Of a stretch of 64,000 nt of DNA, positions 1 through 12,940 are shown piece after piece (the stretch's first letter is position 1; each line of letters begins with the position of its first letter). The notes under the pieces were generated by a model that was not told where the DNA came from, did no database searches, and was given only the letters and a program-made list of their open reading frames with translations. The position numbers and the translations under genes were made by a program. Source of the DNA: Takakia lepidozioides (lineage: Eukaryota > Plantae > Bryophyta). The DNA lies in contig CM060731.1 in NCBI GenBank assembly GCA_030704615.1, forward strand, positions 26,598,001-26,662,000, written 5' to 3'.

Positions 1-3000
1 GTGAAATTGGCAGATCCAACTGGTGGCATGCTCAGTGTAGAATGGGAGCTCTATGCAAACATGTTAGCTAATGCACAAAATCTGGATGCTGTTGAACAGG
101 TGCCCACTTTTCTTCCAAGTGCCTCCAGCTATTTTCCCGTTTCTGACCACTTTTAGAAGTCATGAAGCAATATGTATGCAGTTTGGGATGGTAGTGTTTG
201 CAGAGCTGCAAATAAAATTTAGGGACGATTTGAGGAGTTTGAGAGAATTGCAAACATCTCCGATTATCTGTAAGTGATGGTGTGGTCAATTTATTTTCTG
301 CTGGTTTGTCGAATCTGAATTCATGACGACATCAATTGGTTTTTGACAGCAGAGCAGAATGAGAGAGAGGGACAGAGAGAGATATGAACCTATTGATGTT
401 TCCCTGACCTCAGTGCCGTCCTCTCTTGAGGGTATAGTTGACAAGATACTGATCCTCCTGGAGGGAGCTCTGGGTATTCCATGGTATATGAGAGCCACCC
501 CGAAATTGCCATAGTACTGATGTATGGCTGGTAGAAACCTGCTAACAGGCCATCGAGCATAGATTTAAGGGCTGCCATTAACATTATGCTGACCGCGGTA
601 GTTTGTCAAACACTGTTCTTCTAGTTGCAGTAGATGAGATACATGCACTTACACCCTCATCATCTTTTTGGGAACAAAAGGATGGCAGCATCCATTAGCT
701 TAAATCCTTACAACCTTCGAGGGCACCGCTGTGGATGCAGATGGAGAGTGAGGTGTGCCATTCTTAACAGATATTCTGAGAATGCATGCTGATAAGTTTT
801 GACAGTACAGGTGGTCAGAGAGATCGCGAAGAAAGAGGGCATCCAGGGCAGGAATGAATTGAATGGAAAAGTGCTGCTGGCCAGGGACACAAGGCCCAGT
901 GGGGAGTCTCTGCTTACAACTGCGCAACAGGTATAGCTCTCCCCAATTCAAGCCTTATGTTGGGTTTGCCTTTTATCTCAGGAAGGGAGCATCAGGTTGA
1001 CACCTCTACTAGCCATGTTGATGTCTTTAAAAGTCTCTCTTTAGATTGGATTGAGGAGACCTAAAGAGGGCTATTGGCACCAACGCCCAGTACACCTTAA
1101 TTCAAGCCTCAGAGTATTATCTTTCCAGTGAGGGCATGAGCTTTTAGAGAAGACCCCTTGTGATGGATTTCCTCTATAGAGCCTGCAGTACCATTAGCCC
1201 TTGTTTCTCTATTTGTAGGGGAATGACTAATTTTCTTTTCTCTCATGTGTTAGCTGGAAGGTCAGGTATGGAATGTGAGTACACCTTGCCAGGTAGGTAA
1301 TAATGAAATTTAATAATATTAGTATATGTGGGAAGGGTGTTGAAGCAGTGGGGGGCGTACTGGCATACGACATGGGCATTCTGACAACTCCACAACTGCA
1401 CTGGATGATTTTGTCTATTAACAGGGGCCTTCCTGCCTCTGAAGCTGATTACTTCTTGCAGCTCTCCAATGCCTTCAGGTGGATCTTCCTGTCTTTGTCT
1501 CTCTCTCCCTGTCTCCCTTTGCCCTACGTGTCATTGTCTTTGTCATTGTCTTGTCTTCAAGTATTCATGAACAACATCTTTGCCTCTGGTTTAAGCATCA
1601 CTTCAATTTGTTTCACATCTATTGGGGTATTTGGATACTAGTCTGCAACTTCATCCTTTTCCAAGGATTTACTGAAAGCTTTCCAGTGTAAACTTGTCTT
1701 TCTTTCCTCAGAATACTGGTGAAAGAAGGTCCTCCTGCCACCCCTGCAGATCCTGCACAATATGAATTGATTGTGGATGCAGCCAATGGTGTGGGTGCCA
1801 GCAAGCTCATGAAATTACAGCAACTTATCCCAAGCCTCAGTTTGCAAGTTCGGAACTCCGGCAAGATAGGGGAGGGGTTGCTGAATGATGGCGTCGGTGC
1901 TGATTTTGTGCAAAAGGAAAAGGTTGCTCCTCGTGGCTTCAGGTTGCCCGGAGATGTCGCAAGAAGGTCATTTCGCTTCTCTTTGCATGTACGTATGAGA
2001 TATAGCTCAATGTTCACTGTGTTTATTCATCCAAGTATGGGTCATGCCTGCTACATGTGTGCATGAAGTATATGCCTGTAATATATGAAATTGGTTCAAT
2101 GTGGCACTAAGTGGTAATGTGCCACACTGTAACAGTGTTAGTACTCTTCAGGAGCTTTCAGTTTGGTGTGGTTTGCTTCTGAAGGTTAGCCTACATGTTG
2201 GAAGAACATCTGAAATGCCAGATAAAGTGCTTAAAAAATAACCTACAGCCATATTTGAGTGTTTGGTGCATCTTCCCCTCTGTTTCACTTTCTCTGTTTG
2301 GTTCATTTTGATGTATTGTCAGGACATCTCGAGGATCTGAGATGGCATAGGTTTTAGCTTCATTTAGCTTCACCATACTCAAAAGTTTATTTTTTAATGG
2401 TGGCAATCCGTCCAGAACCTTTCTGGTGATATGTTGCCTGTCTTTCCTCAGATGTGCAAGCATTGATGGGGATTCTGACCGACTGGTCTACTTCTACATA
2501 CCACCGGAACTACAACAAGGGCATGTTAGCCCCGCACATTCAATACACTTACTGGATGGAGATAAAATTGCCGTTCTCTTTGCCTTATTCATTCAAGAGC
2601 AACTTGCTTCCTTGACAGGGTTGAAGAACTCTGCACCTCATGCGACTACACATGAGGCATTGATTCCTGGCTATGGTGCAGTAAAAGTGGCTGTGGTGCA
2701 AACAGCATATGCCAATGGGGCATCAACAAAATACATACAGCAAGTGCTTGGCTTGGAGGTTGTAGTTACTCCAACTGGGGTCAAATATTTACATGAGAAG
2801 GCAGCTCAATTTGATGTAGGGATCTACTTTGAGGCAAACGGGCATGGCACCATACTCTTCAGTGAGGCATTGTTGCAATGGTTGAGGAAATCTGGAGCTG
2901 TGGAGGATGTAGGTGAGTAACCTTGAGATCTATTGCCAGCATCCAGAGGCTGCACCTCTTTTGACTCAATACCAAAGTTTGGAGGTGATCTTTCATATGG

Positions 3001-4785
3001 AATCTTCGGAATTCTAGTGGTGATGTCATTATTATCCTGCTGGTATTACAGGAGAGAAGCAAGCCCAGGCTGCTAGAAGATTGGTCGCCGTGAGTGACAT
3101 GGTGAACCAGGCGGTTGGTGATGCACTCAGTGGGATTCTAATGGTCGAAGCTGTGCTTCGGTACCGAGCCTGGTCAATCCAGCAATGGGACTCCATTTAC
3201 ACGGACTTTCCCAGCCGACAACTCAAGGTTGGAGCTGCTGCATGATGATGTGGGCTACACGGTTTTAACAGGCCAGGGAGAGGATGATGTGCTTATCAGT
3301 CTGCTTTTGCATAGCATAACTCTTAGATATCCTGCATCTTGGAGAGAGAGATCTCTTTGGCGAGTGAGCATTTTACTTCAGTGCATAGAAAGCTCTATGG
3401 CTGTAGGGTTCTCCATCTGATAGCTTATGCCATTGTTAGAAAGAGTATTGAAGTAAATATATTCTCTTTGGTCCTTTGATTTTGTCAGTGAAATTTTTGG
3501 TTGTATGTCATGAAGGTAACAGTTGCAAATCGAGCAGCCATCACCACTACGGCTGCTGAGACCCGTGTTGCCTTCCCATCCTCCCTGCAAGAGGCCATTG
3601 ATGCAGAAGTTGGTAAGTTTCCTGCTCAGAGATTCCGTGCATTAGAAACATCATTGTGTACTTTGATAGCAAACACTGGTGGTGGTGTGCACAAAATATC
3701 ATAGCATTCTTCTCATTCTCTCTCTGTTGCATCTGCTATTAATTTTCTGTAAGGGTGCGACTCAAATCATGTGTTCTGAGGTGTTATATGAAGAGGTCTT
3801 CTGTAACTGGGGTCTTGCCCTACATGTGCGTGTGAGAGAGACAGAGAGAGTTGCAGTAGATTGTCCTCGCAAAGCTAGTGGCCATTGTTGGGATGAAAGA
3901 TGTACACATCAGACCATAACTTACTCTACCAACTCCTGTAGTGGGAGTTACCTTGGTATGAACAATTGGTTCAGGCTTTCTAGATTTCCTCTAGAAAGCC
4001 TTTCACACAAGCATCAATCTGCTGTGTGGGGGCTGCCCAAGAATGAGGCCCCAACAGGACCTGGGCTTTAGGCTCAGCCTCAAGATTTTGAAACTTGGTG
4101 AACAGGTGCAGGCACTATGTTCTTGATGGTCCTGAAGAGGGTCGCTCTCTGATGAGAATACCCCGGACATTGTGTCAGAAAATGGATATTGTCTTCAGGC
4201 CACTTGCACATCAGGCAGTGACATCCTCTCTGTATCTGTTTATTGTTCAAAGGTAGACTCCCCGCCCTGAGATGTTGAGAGAGGAACCTAGAGAAGAAGA
4301 AAGAAATGAAGAGACTTCATTACCCCCCAGGGCTGTAACACACTGTAGACGGAAAGGTAAATCTCAATACTTTGAATGTTCATCTCACAACAATGGCATA
4401 CCAAAGTCCATAGATGGCAGACCTGGCAGGAGACTAACGCCACTGAATCACTTGCACTTCTCTCTGAGGGAAATTGCTCTCAAACAAGAGAGACAGATGT
4501 TTGGATGATGTGCTTTCAGAGTGTCAAATTGGCAGATTACAATTCCCCAGGAAAGAGTCAGATGCACTTTAACGCACTCTTTGGTTTTGTCTTGACTTAC
4601 GGTAATTGGCTTTGGAGTGCACAGGGAAATATGAGGGAGGGAGGGCTTTTGTGAGGCCTTCAGGGACAGAAGATGTGGTGCGCGTGTATGCAGAGGCATC
4701 ATCACAGCGGTCAGCAGATGCCTTAGCTCAGGCTGTTTCAGTTCATGTTCACCGACTGGCTGCAGGGGTGGGTCCTGAGCCATGA
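1..4785 (+). CDS. DRT101: Phosphoacetylglucosamine mutase (PGM3/AGM1 family), 5'-truncated by window edge; exons 1-99, 811-930, 1336-1478, 1712-1966, 2452-2912, 3052-3227, 3516-3612, 4625-4785
   Basis: Phase-consistent GT-AG splicing gives [53 protein letters not shown] (metal-binding loop), [11 protein letters not shown] (sugar-binding loop), NQAVGDALS and [19 protein letters not shown] (phosphate-binding loop); stop TGA 4783-4785. Confidence 0.95.
3955..4272 (-). mobile_element. LINE family A 3' fragment in the last intron of the mutase gene
   Basis: Clear similarity to 39030-39363 (e.g. cctctagaaa..cttcacacaagcatcaatctgctgtgtg; ctgttcaaaggtag..ccgccctgag). Confidence 0.8.
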
Positions 4786-5375
4786 GAGACACTTGTTAGA
4801 CTTTGCTTGGCAAAAGCCCTTTCAGTTTGTAGGGATGGGGGAGAGCAGAAGGGTGCTCACTGCTATGGGCAGAAGGCTTGCACCAGCAGTGGGACTATCC
4901 TTAAAAAATAACATCTTCATCTTACGGATGTTTTTGTCGGCGCTGCCCATAGAGAGACCACACTGGTGTAGTTCTTAATGTGCGTCCTGATGTACCTCAC
5001 CGAGGTAATAGCCCTCAGAAGTAAATGCCGTTGATTAGAGATAATCTTGCATGCTGTCAATTCTCACATGGCGCAGACTATGGGAGCATAAGGGGTGAAT
5101 CCACAGGCAATGCCCGGGCCTAATGCAAGCCAGACACTTGTGTCTTTTTCTTAAGTTAATTGTTTTGAATGAAAAAAATGTGTTACTTCTTGTTGGTGGA
5201 TGGAGGCCATTGGTAGAATAAAGTTAGTTTCTAAAACTGAGAAATTGATGTGGGTCTGCAATTCTTGGTTCAATCCTTCATATATGCATGTTCTTTGAAA
5301 CATAACTTGCCCCAGATGTCACTAGACTGTTGTTGAAATGACATTATATTTCCTTTCCATCTTTCTTTGTCCTCT

Positions 5376-5880
5376 TTAACCCCTGTCTATGAGTTCACCA
5401 TCATGGTCAGGATACAGCTCATGTATTTGGTCCATGCATTTCTTGAGATGCTCTCTTCTTTGGCTTGTGGTGTATGACTTTTCAGGCTCGACTTCTTCAT
5501 CATGGTTCTGATGTCGAACATCTGGCAGTAGCCATGTGTAATGCTCCATCTCTGGATTAATTCTCAGACCAAACTGGTAATTGGCAAGGTTTGGGTTTGC
5601 GTCCTCCATCTTTGTGTATTTTTCTGCAAGACAAATGAAGGTATTTGATCTATTGAGACCATTGACACATCTCGCATGAGGATAACACTGTACAAATTTT
5701 GGCTGTTGGTATGCCAGACTCTGGAGTACCATGGTATCAAACACCTGGCTTCTGGGTAAGCTTGCCCATTAATCAGTATTGCAGAGTTATACATGATAAC
5801 ATCTTCCACACATTTGACTTGCAAATTTCAAGTCATACTGTCTATGCTGTTGTATAAAGGGTTACTACTGTCGCCCATCA
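5376..5880 (-). pseudogene. Unidentified coding relic split across two overlapping frames
   Basis: ORFs 5564-5824 and 5376-5744 join into protein-like sequence with one frameshift near 5745; there is an in-frame stop further upstream; no family recognised. Confidence 0.3.
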
Positions 5881-6097
5881 TAATTTTGTGAGTTTGCTAA
5901 TCTAACCAAAACTGTGTTTCAAATGCTGTGACTAGAATCCATGCCTTCTTATGTTACTCACCACCTTCCTCTCCATCTTCATTCTTTGAAGTCTCCCTCC
6001 ATGTATCCACCCCTCCACCACAACCAGCAAGAATTTGTGTGTATAGTGGAGCATCCAGACTCCAGCACACATTTACTGATTTCTCAAGCACAAGTCT

Positions 6098-7996
6098 TTA
6101 AGGCTGGGTGCCTGAAACTTTGAGGCACTGATAGCCTGGCCGTGACGCCTGTCTCCCAACATCTTCAGGGCAGAGAGATTGAGGAGGGGGCAACACACAG
6201 TTATACTGGACACAGACAGCCACACTCGGAGGGAGAGATGCGTTTGTAAGAGCTCCAAAATCGGTCAGGTAGTTGTGTTGCAGGTAGAGAGACTGGAGAG
6301 TCGTTGCTTCCATGCAGGCTACAAAGTCCTGCAAGACACAGATATAGAGAGAGATAAATTTCCCTGAGCCAGAAGGAAGAGGTTTGGTTTGGAGCACTTT
6401 CATAGTAGCGAAACGATTGACAGAAAGACAAGGAAAGACAGGAGAGGAACTTCCTGATGTCTATGGGAAGCTCAGAGAGATGAAGGGACAAAAGGAAGTA
6501 TGACAGATGAAGGTAGTGGGGCGCTGAGCAAGCAGCCCAAAAAGAAGAGAGACAAATCAAAGAAAATAACAGAGAAAGAGAGAGACCCTGCCCTCTTGCA
6601 TCCAGTTTGATGGCTCCAGAGAAGAGGGAAAGTGGGGTTAAATGTACTCATACTGTGGCGCTCGGTACAGAAAGGATGGCGGAGGGGAGCCCAAATGTCC
6701 AAATATGTCTGCTACTGTTCACTGCACTACTGCGCACAACTGTTTGCACCTTTTGCTCTTTTGATGGTGCATGCTCACTGTATACTGCATTCAATTGCAG
6801 CAGACATTTCCACATTCTGGATCTCAACCGACAAGAATGGGGCCTCGGGAATAATTACTCCGACTGGGAAATCACGAAAACCTCACAGAGAGAAGAAGAC
6901 TGACGACATTGAGAAAGAGGCAGATATAGAAGCAAACCACTGTTCACAACGCATCAAATCTGTTCATCTCGACATCGATAACTTGATTTTGCGGGATTGT
7001 ATCACTGACCTTCGGGACTGCGCCCACGAAGAAATTGTTATTCAGAAACAAACTCTGGGCGCCGGCAAGAAAGGGAGAGATCTCTCCCTCCAGATCATTG
7101 AAACTGAGATCCACTAAAGAGATAGAAATCGGCCCTGCTACGCTCACAGGCCCTGTTAATTGGTTACGATTGAGCAGTAAAAATGATAAAGGGAATGAAA
7201 AGATGTTGCTTGGAATCGGCCCGCTGAACTGGTTGAAGCTCACATCCAAATAGGTCAGGCTGCTCAAAGAGGCCAATCCTCCCAACCACCCACTTATGGA
7301 ATTCCTTGTAAGCGAGAGAAACTGCAGAGATGGCGGAAGCGTCGGGAGCCCTCCTGAAAAGTCGTTGTTTCTTAGATCCAGGTGGGTGAGTGCATTGCTA
7401 GAAAAGCTGGGAATCGACCCCGAGAGACCGTTGTCTGCTAAGATCACCATGTTCAGAGCTGGTAACTGCCCAATTCCCCAAGGAATAGAGCCTTCTAAAT
7501 GATTCCTGCTCAGATCAAGGATCCGAAGGCTTTTCAAGTTGCCAAAACTCCCCGGGATACCACCCGAGAGAGAATTTTGACTAATGGCCAGCAATTGAAG
7601 ATTCTGCAGGTTACCAAGGCTATCAGGAAGCGTCCCTTTCACAGCTCCCGCGGAGATAGTGAATTGGGTGAGGTAGATTAAATTCCCAATGAGAGGTGTC
7701 AATGTACCCAAGAGGCCTGGAAGACCTGCTGCGTCGGGTCCAAGAGAGAGGTAGCTCACTCGGTTGAAGCCATCTGTAGTGACACACTGAACCCCGCTGA
7801 AAGATGCGCAGGGATCTACAAAAAGAGAAAATTCCCAATTACTGAAAAAATTTCCCCCAGGCAGATCCTCCATGGTGTCTTTGACAGCTTGTAGGACTAA
7901 CAAATCCACGGGGTGCAACACTTGGGCTCCTGCAAAGCCAACAAGCGCTAGCATTGTCTGTACCAGCACCAACATAACTGGCCAAATTCGCTCCAT
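6098..7996 (-). CDS. Secreted leucine-rich-repeat protein (signal peptide, LRRNT, plant LRRs, Cys-rich C-terminal cap; no TM or kinase domain); exons 7996-7010 and 6328-6098
   Basis: Hydrophobic N-terminus; W..DPC..FSGVQC LRRNT; repeated LxxLxLxxNxLxGxIP; phase-0 GT-AG intron 7009-6329; exon 2 reads LYLQHNYL...CVQYNC..PP.Q..CP...RP..QC. Confidence 0.9.
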
Positions 7997-8607
7997 GGCC
8001 AGAAAGATGGCAGATTTCTCTCAATCGTAAAGTCACACTGGATCTTCAAATGCGTTGCGATCGCTGATTCCCCAGAGATGCCCAACTAATGAAGATCTGC
8101 GCGGTAGATCTCTCGCTGAGAATCGTAGAATTTAGTGAACCTCGCTTTGCCTGTAGCTGCTGCTAGCTTTATTGGGCAACTCCTGCACAAGTTTGCAATC
8201 AGTTCTGTGTGTCCATACGTTTATTAGTGTGCGCGAGGTCTGGCAATGACACGTTCCTATGCTTCTTCCCCAGTATCAATGTGAGAGGAGAGAAACCAAC
8301 GGGGGTGGGGAGGGCTCACAGAGATGGAGGTGACGACATTCCCATGAAAGAGTAATGATCACAACATACGGTCTGTCGGTCTTCGTCAAAGGGAGAGAGA
8401 GATAATCTGCAGCCAACACGCCAAATGTGGGTGTGCTTGATAGCGAAACAGACTGATGGAGTACTCACAAGGCAACGCCCCAATGTGCCGCCCTCAGGTG
8501 GGGAGCCACGCAGAAAGGCAAACTCGGAGTGAAAAATAGAAAGAGATCCACAATCCAGTGTACGAAATGGGAGTGTCTGCCAATGTCTCTGAGAGGGAGA
8601 GAGACAC

Positions 8608-8609
<2 letters not shown>

Positions 8610-8643
<34 letters not shown>
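8610..8643 (+). repeat. (GA)n microsatellite upstream of the LRR gene
   Basis: About 17 GA units seen directly. Confidence 0.95.
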
Positions 8644-8645
<2 letters not shown>

Positions 8646-11600
8646 ATTCTACAATTTCCAGTCAATGGGCAGCTGACGCCCCCTGAACACCACCTCCATA
8701 GTCCCGTGAGAGCGTACACTCTACTGCCAGAGCTCCAAAATTTTCTGTGTGCCGAGCTCTACAGTAACGAATGCGATGGTGAAGGCTGCTCAAATGGCCT
8801 CTCCACCGTGCAACAGTGCACCACCAGAGCTACGATTCTTCTTAAAATTATGGGACTGATCCGGCATGTTCATGATAAGTGTTTTCATTGCATGCTGATC
8901 GAACCTCGAAACCATGACTGTAAATGCGGGAGTGTCGATCACCACCAATGCAGGTGAAATCTCGACCTTCACTCACGCTACCACCCCTCTCGTCACAATC
9001 TCCACTTTCTGCCAGCCAAAGCAAAGCATTGCTCTCCAGATCCGGCAATCCACATAGAGAATTGCTCCTTACGCATCAGCACAGCTGGATCTGACAGCAT
9101 CCCCCTCTCCCTTTCTCTCTCGCCCGCATTCTGTCGTGGTCTGCTGGCCGTGGACCCTCACTCTGCTGTCTCTCTCTCAAAGACTGCACACAGTCCACCA
9201 CACACGGATCCTGCACGGGCCCACTCAAGTCCTCTCAAACAAACGTGACCCTCCCTGCTCCCTTTCCTCTGTTAACTAGCTCCCGTTCCTTAACGCTCCG
9301 TTACGCCACCTAACGGATTCATGAAACCCCCATTCCCCGTCCATGAAATGAGGTCCATAGTTCATACGTCCGTTCAGTGTGTGGGAGTGACTGGATGAAC
9401 AGAGTTATTCATCTTAAGCGAACCTCCGTTACGTAAGGTTCACACTTCACACCCGCACGCACTAGGTATCGGTAAACGAAACATGTGTAAGTATCAACGG
9501 CACTGTCATCCGTACGGATGATTTTCATTCGTACCACCTTGTACCTTTGGGATAATCCTTCCTCCTCACGGAAGCAGTGTGAGGATGAATTTCATCCGTG
9601 AAATTCTTTTTCTGGTTGCAGTTTTTTTTAAACTATGAAAGAAAACATTATCATCCACGATTGGTGAGGGAATTCATCCGTCCAGGCTACCGACAGCCTA
9701 CAGGGTGTCATCAACATGGGGTTCATTTATGTGTGCAAGTAAATGTTAACCACCCTCTTACCACCTCATAATGAATCCTTCAAATGAACCCTAGAATGTA
9801 TTTCGCAGGCGAATGAATGATATTAAATGTCAGAGAGTTGAATTGGGTTCCGAGCTCTGGCAGCATCAATCACTTAACTAAGTCACAAAAACTCTTTTCT
9901 TCAAAGTTTGGTGCTTACAATAATCTCCGAGTTGAAGTGGAAGGTGCTCAACATTGATGGCATCCGCCACACTTGGTACCGAAGGCTTCATTGAAGGCAC
10001 ACATTCTTTGTTTGAGCGTTGCTTTACTACTCTGGTTTTCAGTACAAACAACAACAGTGAACACCCTCAAAACATTCTCTCAGTTTTCATACTCCAATGG
10101 AGTGATCCATGCACACACTTCAACACTTGAGTGCTTAACAGAAAGTAGATAACAGTTGAGTGCACACTCAGATATGAGAATTCAGGACACCTCCAGTTTG
10201 GGAGATGGTATACTTATTACTGCCCTTTGACTTGGGGTTGCACAAATTTCTCTGGAATGTTTTTGGGCCCTGTTTTCTTGGACGGTAGTACCTCATCAAA
10301 GGAATGATACTAATCTATGGAGATTTGTGGGTGAGCACTGAGGGTTTGTCCGAATAATAAGTTGAGCTCACAATGAGTTCATAATCTCAAAGGAATGGGG
10401 CACATTTGCTCAATTCTTGACATGGGTGGGCATAAGACTCAGATCATTATTATGGGTAGAGGTAATATGAACAGTAATGAAGATGAGACTAGTTGGCAGT
10501 GTCCTGCCTCTCATGTTCTACTTGGGGTTAATGAAGAAAGGGGCTGGAGTAATGAAGTTTTCATTCAAGAAAGGACCAGAAAGCAGAGTTACATCAATTC
10601 TTTGTCTTGTTCTACATTATGGACTGACTTTAATATTTCCCTATATACCTACTTACATACTGCACATAAGTAATAATAGTAGTAGTCTGAGTTCGTTATG
10701 GAGTGTCTATGATTGCAGTGATCAAGGGTACTGTGAGCCCGAAAATAGAAACTATACAATCACTTGATCACTTCCCTAAGATTGAAAAAATAAAGCACAA
10801 GATCAAATCAAAGGAAAGACCAAGAAAGAAGAGTTAAAAATAAAATAAATGTCCAGCTACTCTTCTTTTTTTTTTTCTTGAAAGGGGACAGGGGCCCTTT
10901 TAATCTACACTTCAAACTTAGGACTCACTGTGTACCTAGTTCTTTGGCTTCCCGAAATCCCACCCAAAAAAAAAAGGAGGCTCATACTACTTACCCTTCT
11001 TTTTGTTTCTTCAATGGCAACTCGAATCACAGGAATATAGTAGGAGTTTACAAATCCCAATGAACTACTTTATGAGTCCCCTCTTAGAAGAAGAAGAATG
11101 AACTAGCCTGAACCAATAAGATGACCCAATATGATCTTGCTTCAGGTGTCTCTTGCACATAATTGGAGTCTTTACAGCACAGTGGCAGAGCCGCAGTGCA
11201 GTGCCAGCAAAGGACTGAGCAAAGTTGCATGGCCAGGGTGGCCTGTGTTGATCTCCTCCACTGTGAAAATCCCTCAACAAAATCTGCCTGATCTCTCTGG
11301 TGGGTCATGGCCATCAATCTACTATAGTATTTTTCCCAAAGGCGCCGAAATGGCCGATTCCACCCCAAACTGAAGAAGTAGAAAGCCCATCAAGCCTGAC
11401 CACATTGCAAGTATTGCCCAACTTTTTGTGAAGCATGCTGGACAGTTGGCAGCCAGAAAGAGACATGGTGGCTCACTCACTCATGGCAAGCGCAACGTGG
11501 ATGTGACTACACACGTGTTTTGCAGTACTTTGTATGTGGAGAGTGGAGAGGCGCCGCTTCTGGTGGGTCTATCATGACTGGATCTGACATGGTGGAGGAC

Positions 11601-12940
11601 GACACCTTGAAGGGCACTTCACTTGGAAGGCACTCAACTTGTATCATGCATTTCTACAAGGCAGGGTGAGGGAATGATTATCCGTCGTGATTTCATGGCC
11701 TTTGTGGTTTCTGAGTCACAAAATTGTCGATGGCATTAAACCCAAAGGATATCTCCACCTTGCAATGTGGGAGAAGCAGATCTCCTACTACTTCACAAGA
11801 TGGTTATAGATGAGAGCTGGACCAGTGATCCATACCTGCAAGCCATCGTCAAGGGTTGACTATCTTCATTCTGGACTTTCGCAATTCAGTCTATAAACCA
11901 AACAAAAACTACACGGAGGAGTCATGCTAAAACTATGATATGTACTTCATTAAACTAAGGAGGTAGATAATTGAGGCTGTGCAATGCCTTTGGTATTAGA
12001 CGTATTCCAAGCTCTTCTACTGTACGTCGCTGGTGCTTGTATGTAGTACCCTCCAGGAGTCTTGTCCATCTGAGACACTCTTGGAGTCTGCTTAGTGGAT
12101 GTGTCTGAACTGAAAACTCATGTCCAATGGTCCATTGGTCCGGGGCAGCATCGACCTCCTTCCTCTCTGGTACAGAACTCTAATTCTTCTACATTCTTCA
12201 GAAAAGATATCACGCCCCTCGTCATTTCATCACCACTATCTCACAGATCATTGACCAGATTGTTCCAGCTTAAGAATCTGAGTGTCGGATGAAATTGACT
12301 TCGGAAGAGACGTTTCCGGTAAACTCAATTGCCATCACCTGTGACCTAAAGCAGAAGGTCACTTTTGCCTCTCCTAGGATCCCCCTTGTTCACGTAAGCT
12401 AGTAGCTCCAGATCCCAAGTACTACAGTGCTGAGAATTGGCACCAGGTCTTAACCAGCCAAATATGCAACCCCTACATAGAGAGACATGTATACGGATCT
12501 TAATTTCAAAGAGAAACTTATCTTTATTGAGGCCCATTTCAATATGCAATTGTACACAAGGTCCAGAGGATCAAAAACAGTAATTCATATCCTGCTCTGC
12601 AAACAAGAGCAACAGAAACAAAAGTAAATCCAGACAATCTGATCAAACTCACTTCTTAATTGAATTGGAAGGGAAATCATAGTTGTTGACAGCTCTAAAA
12701 TTCAGTCTCTTGCTGACTGAGATGAAGTCATTTTCACTTCAAACAGATGATTGGGTGAGATGATGCAAAAGGGCGTTTGTATCTTCTAGTTCAAGCACCT
12801 GATGGCACCTGAAGGGACAAGCCAAAAGCATTTATATCTGCTGTGGGCTCCCAAAGTGAGCTCTGCTCTTTCCGGACTGGGTACAAGTCTCTCCCACAAG
12901 GCCAGAGCATACCAAGTCCAGATACATTTTTTCTCCTTAG

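Noticed and set aside
11084-11480. Protein-like short ORFs on both strands
   Set aside because: No motif, splice structure or repeat support.
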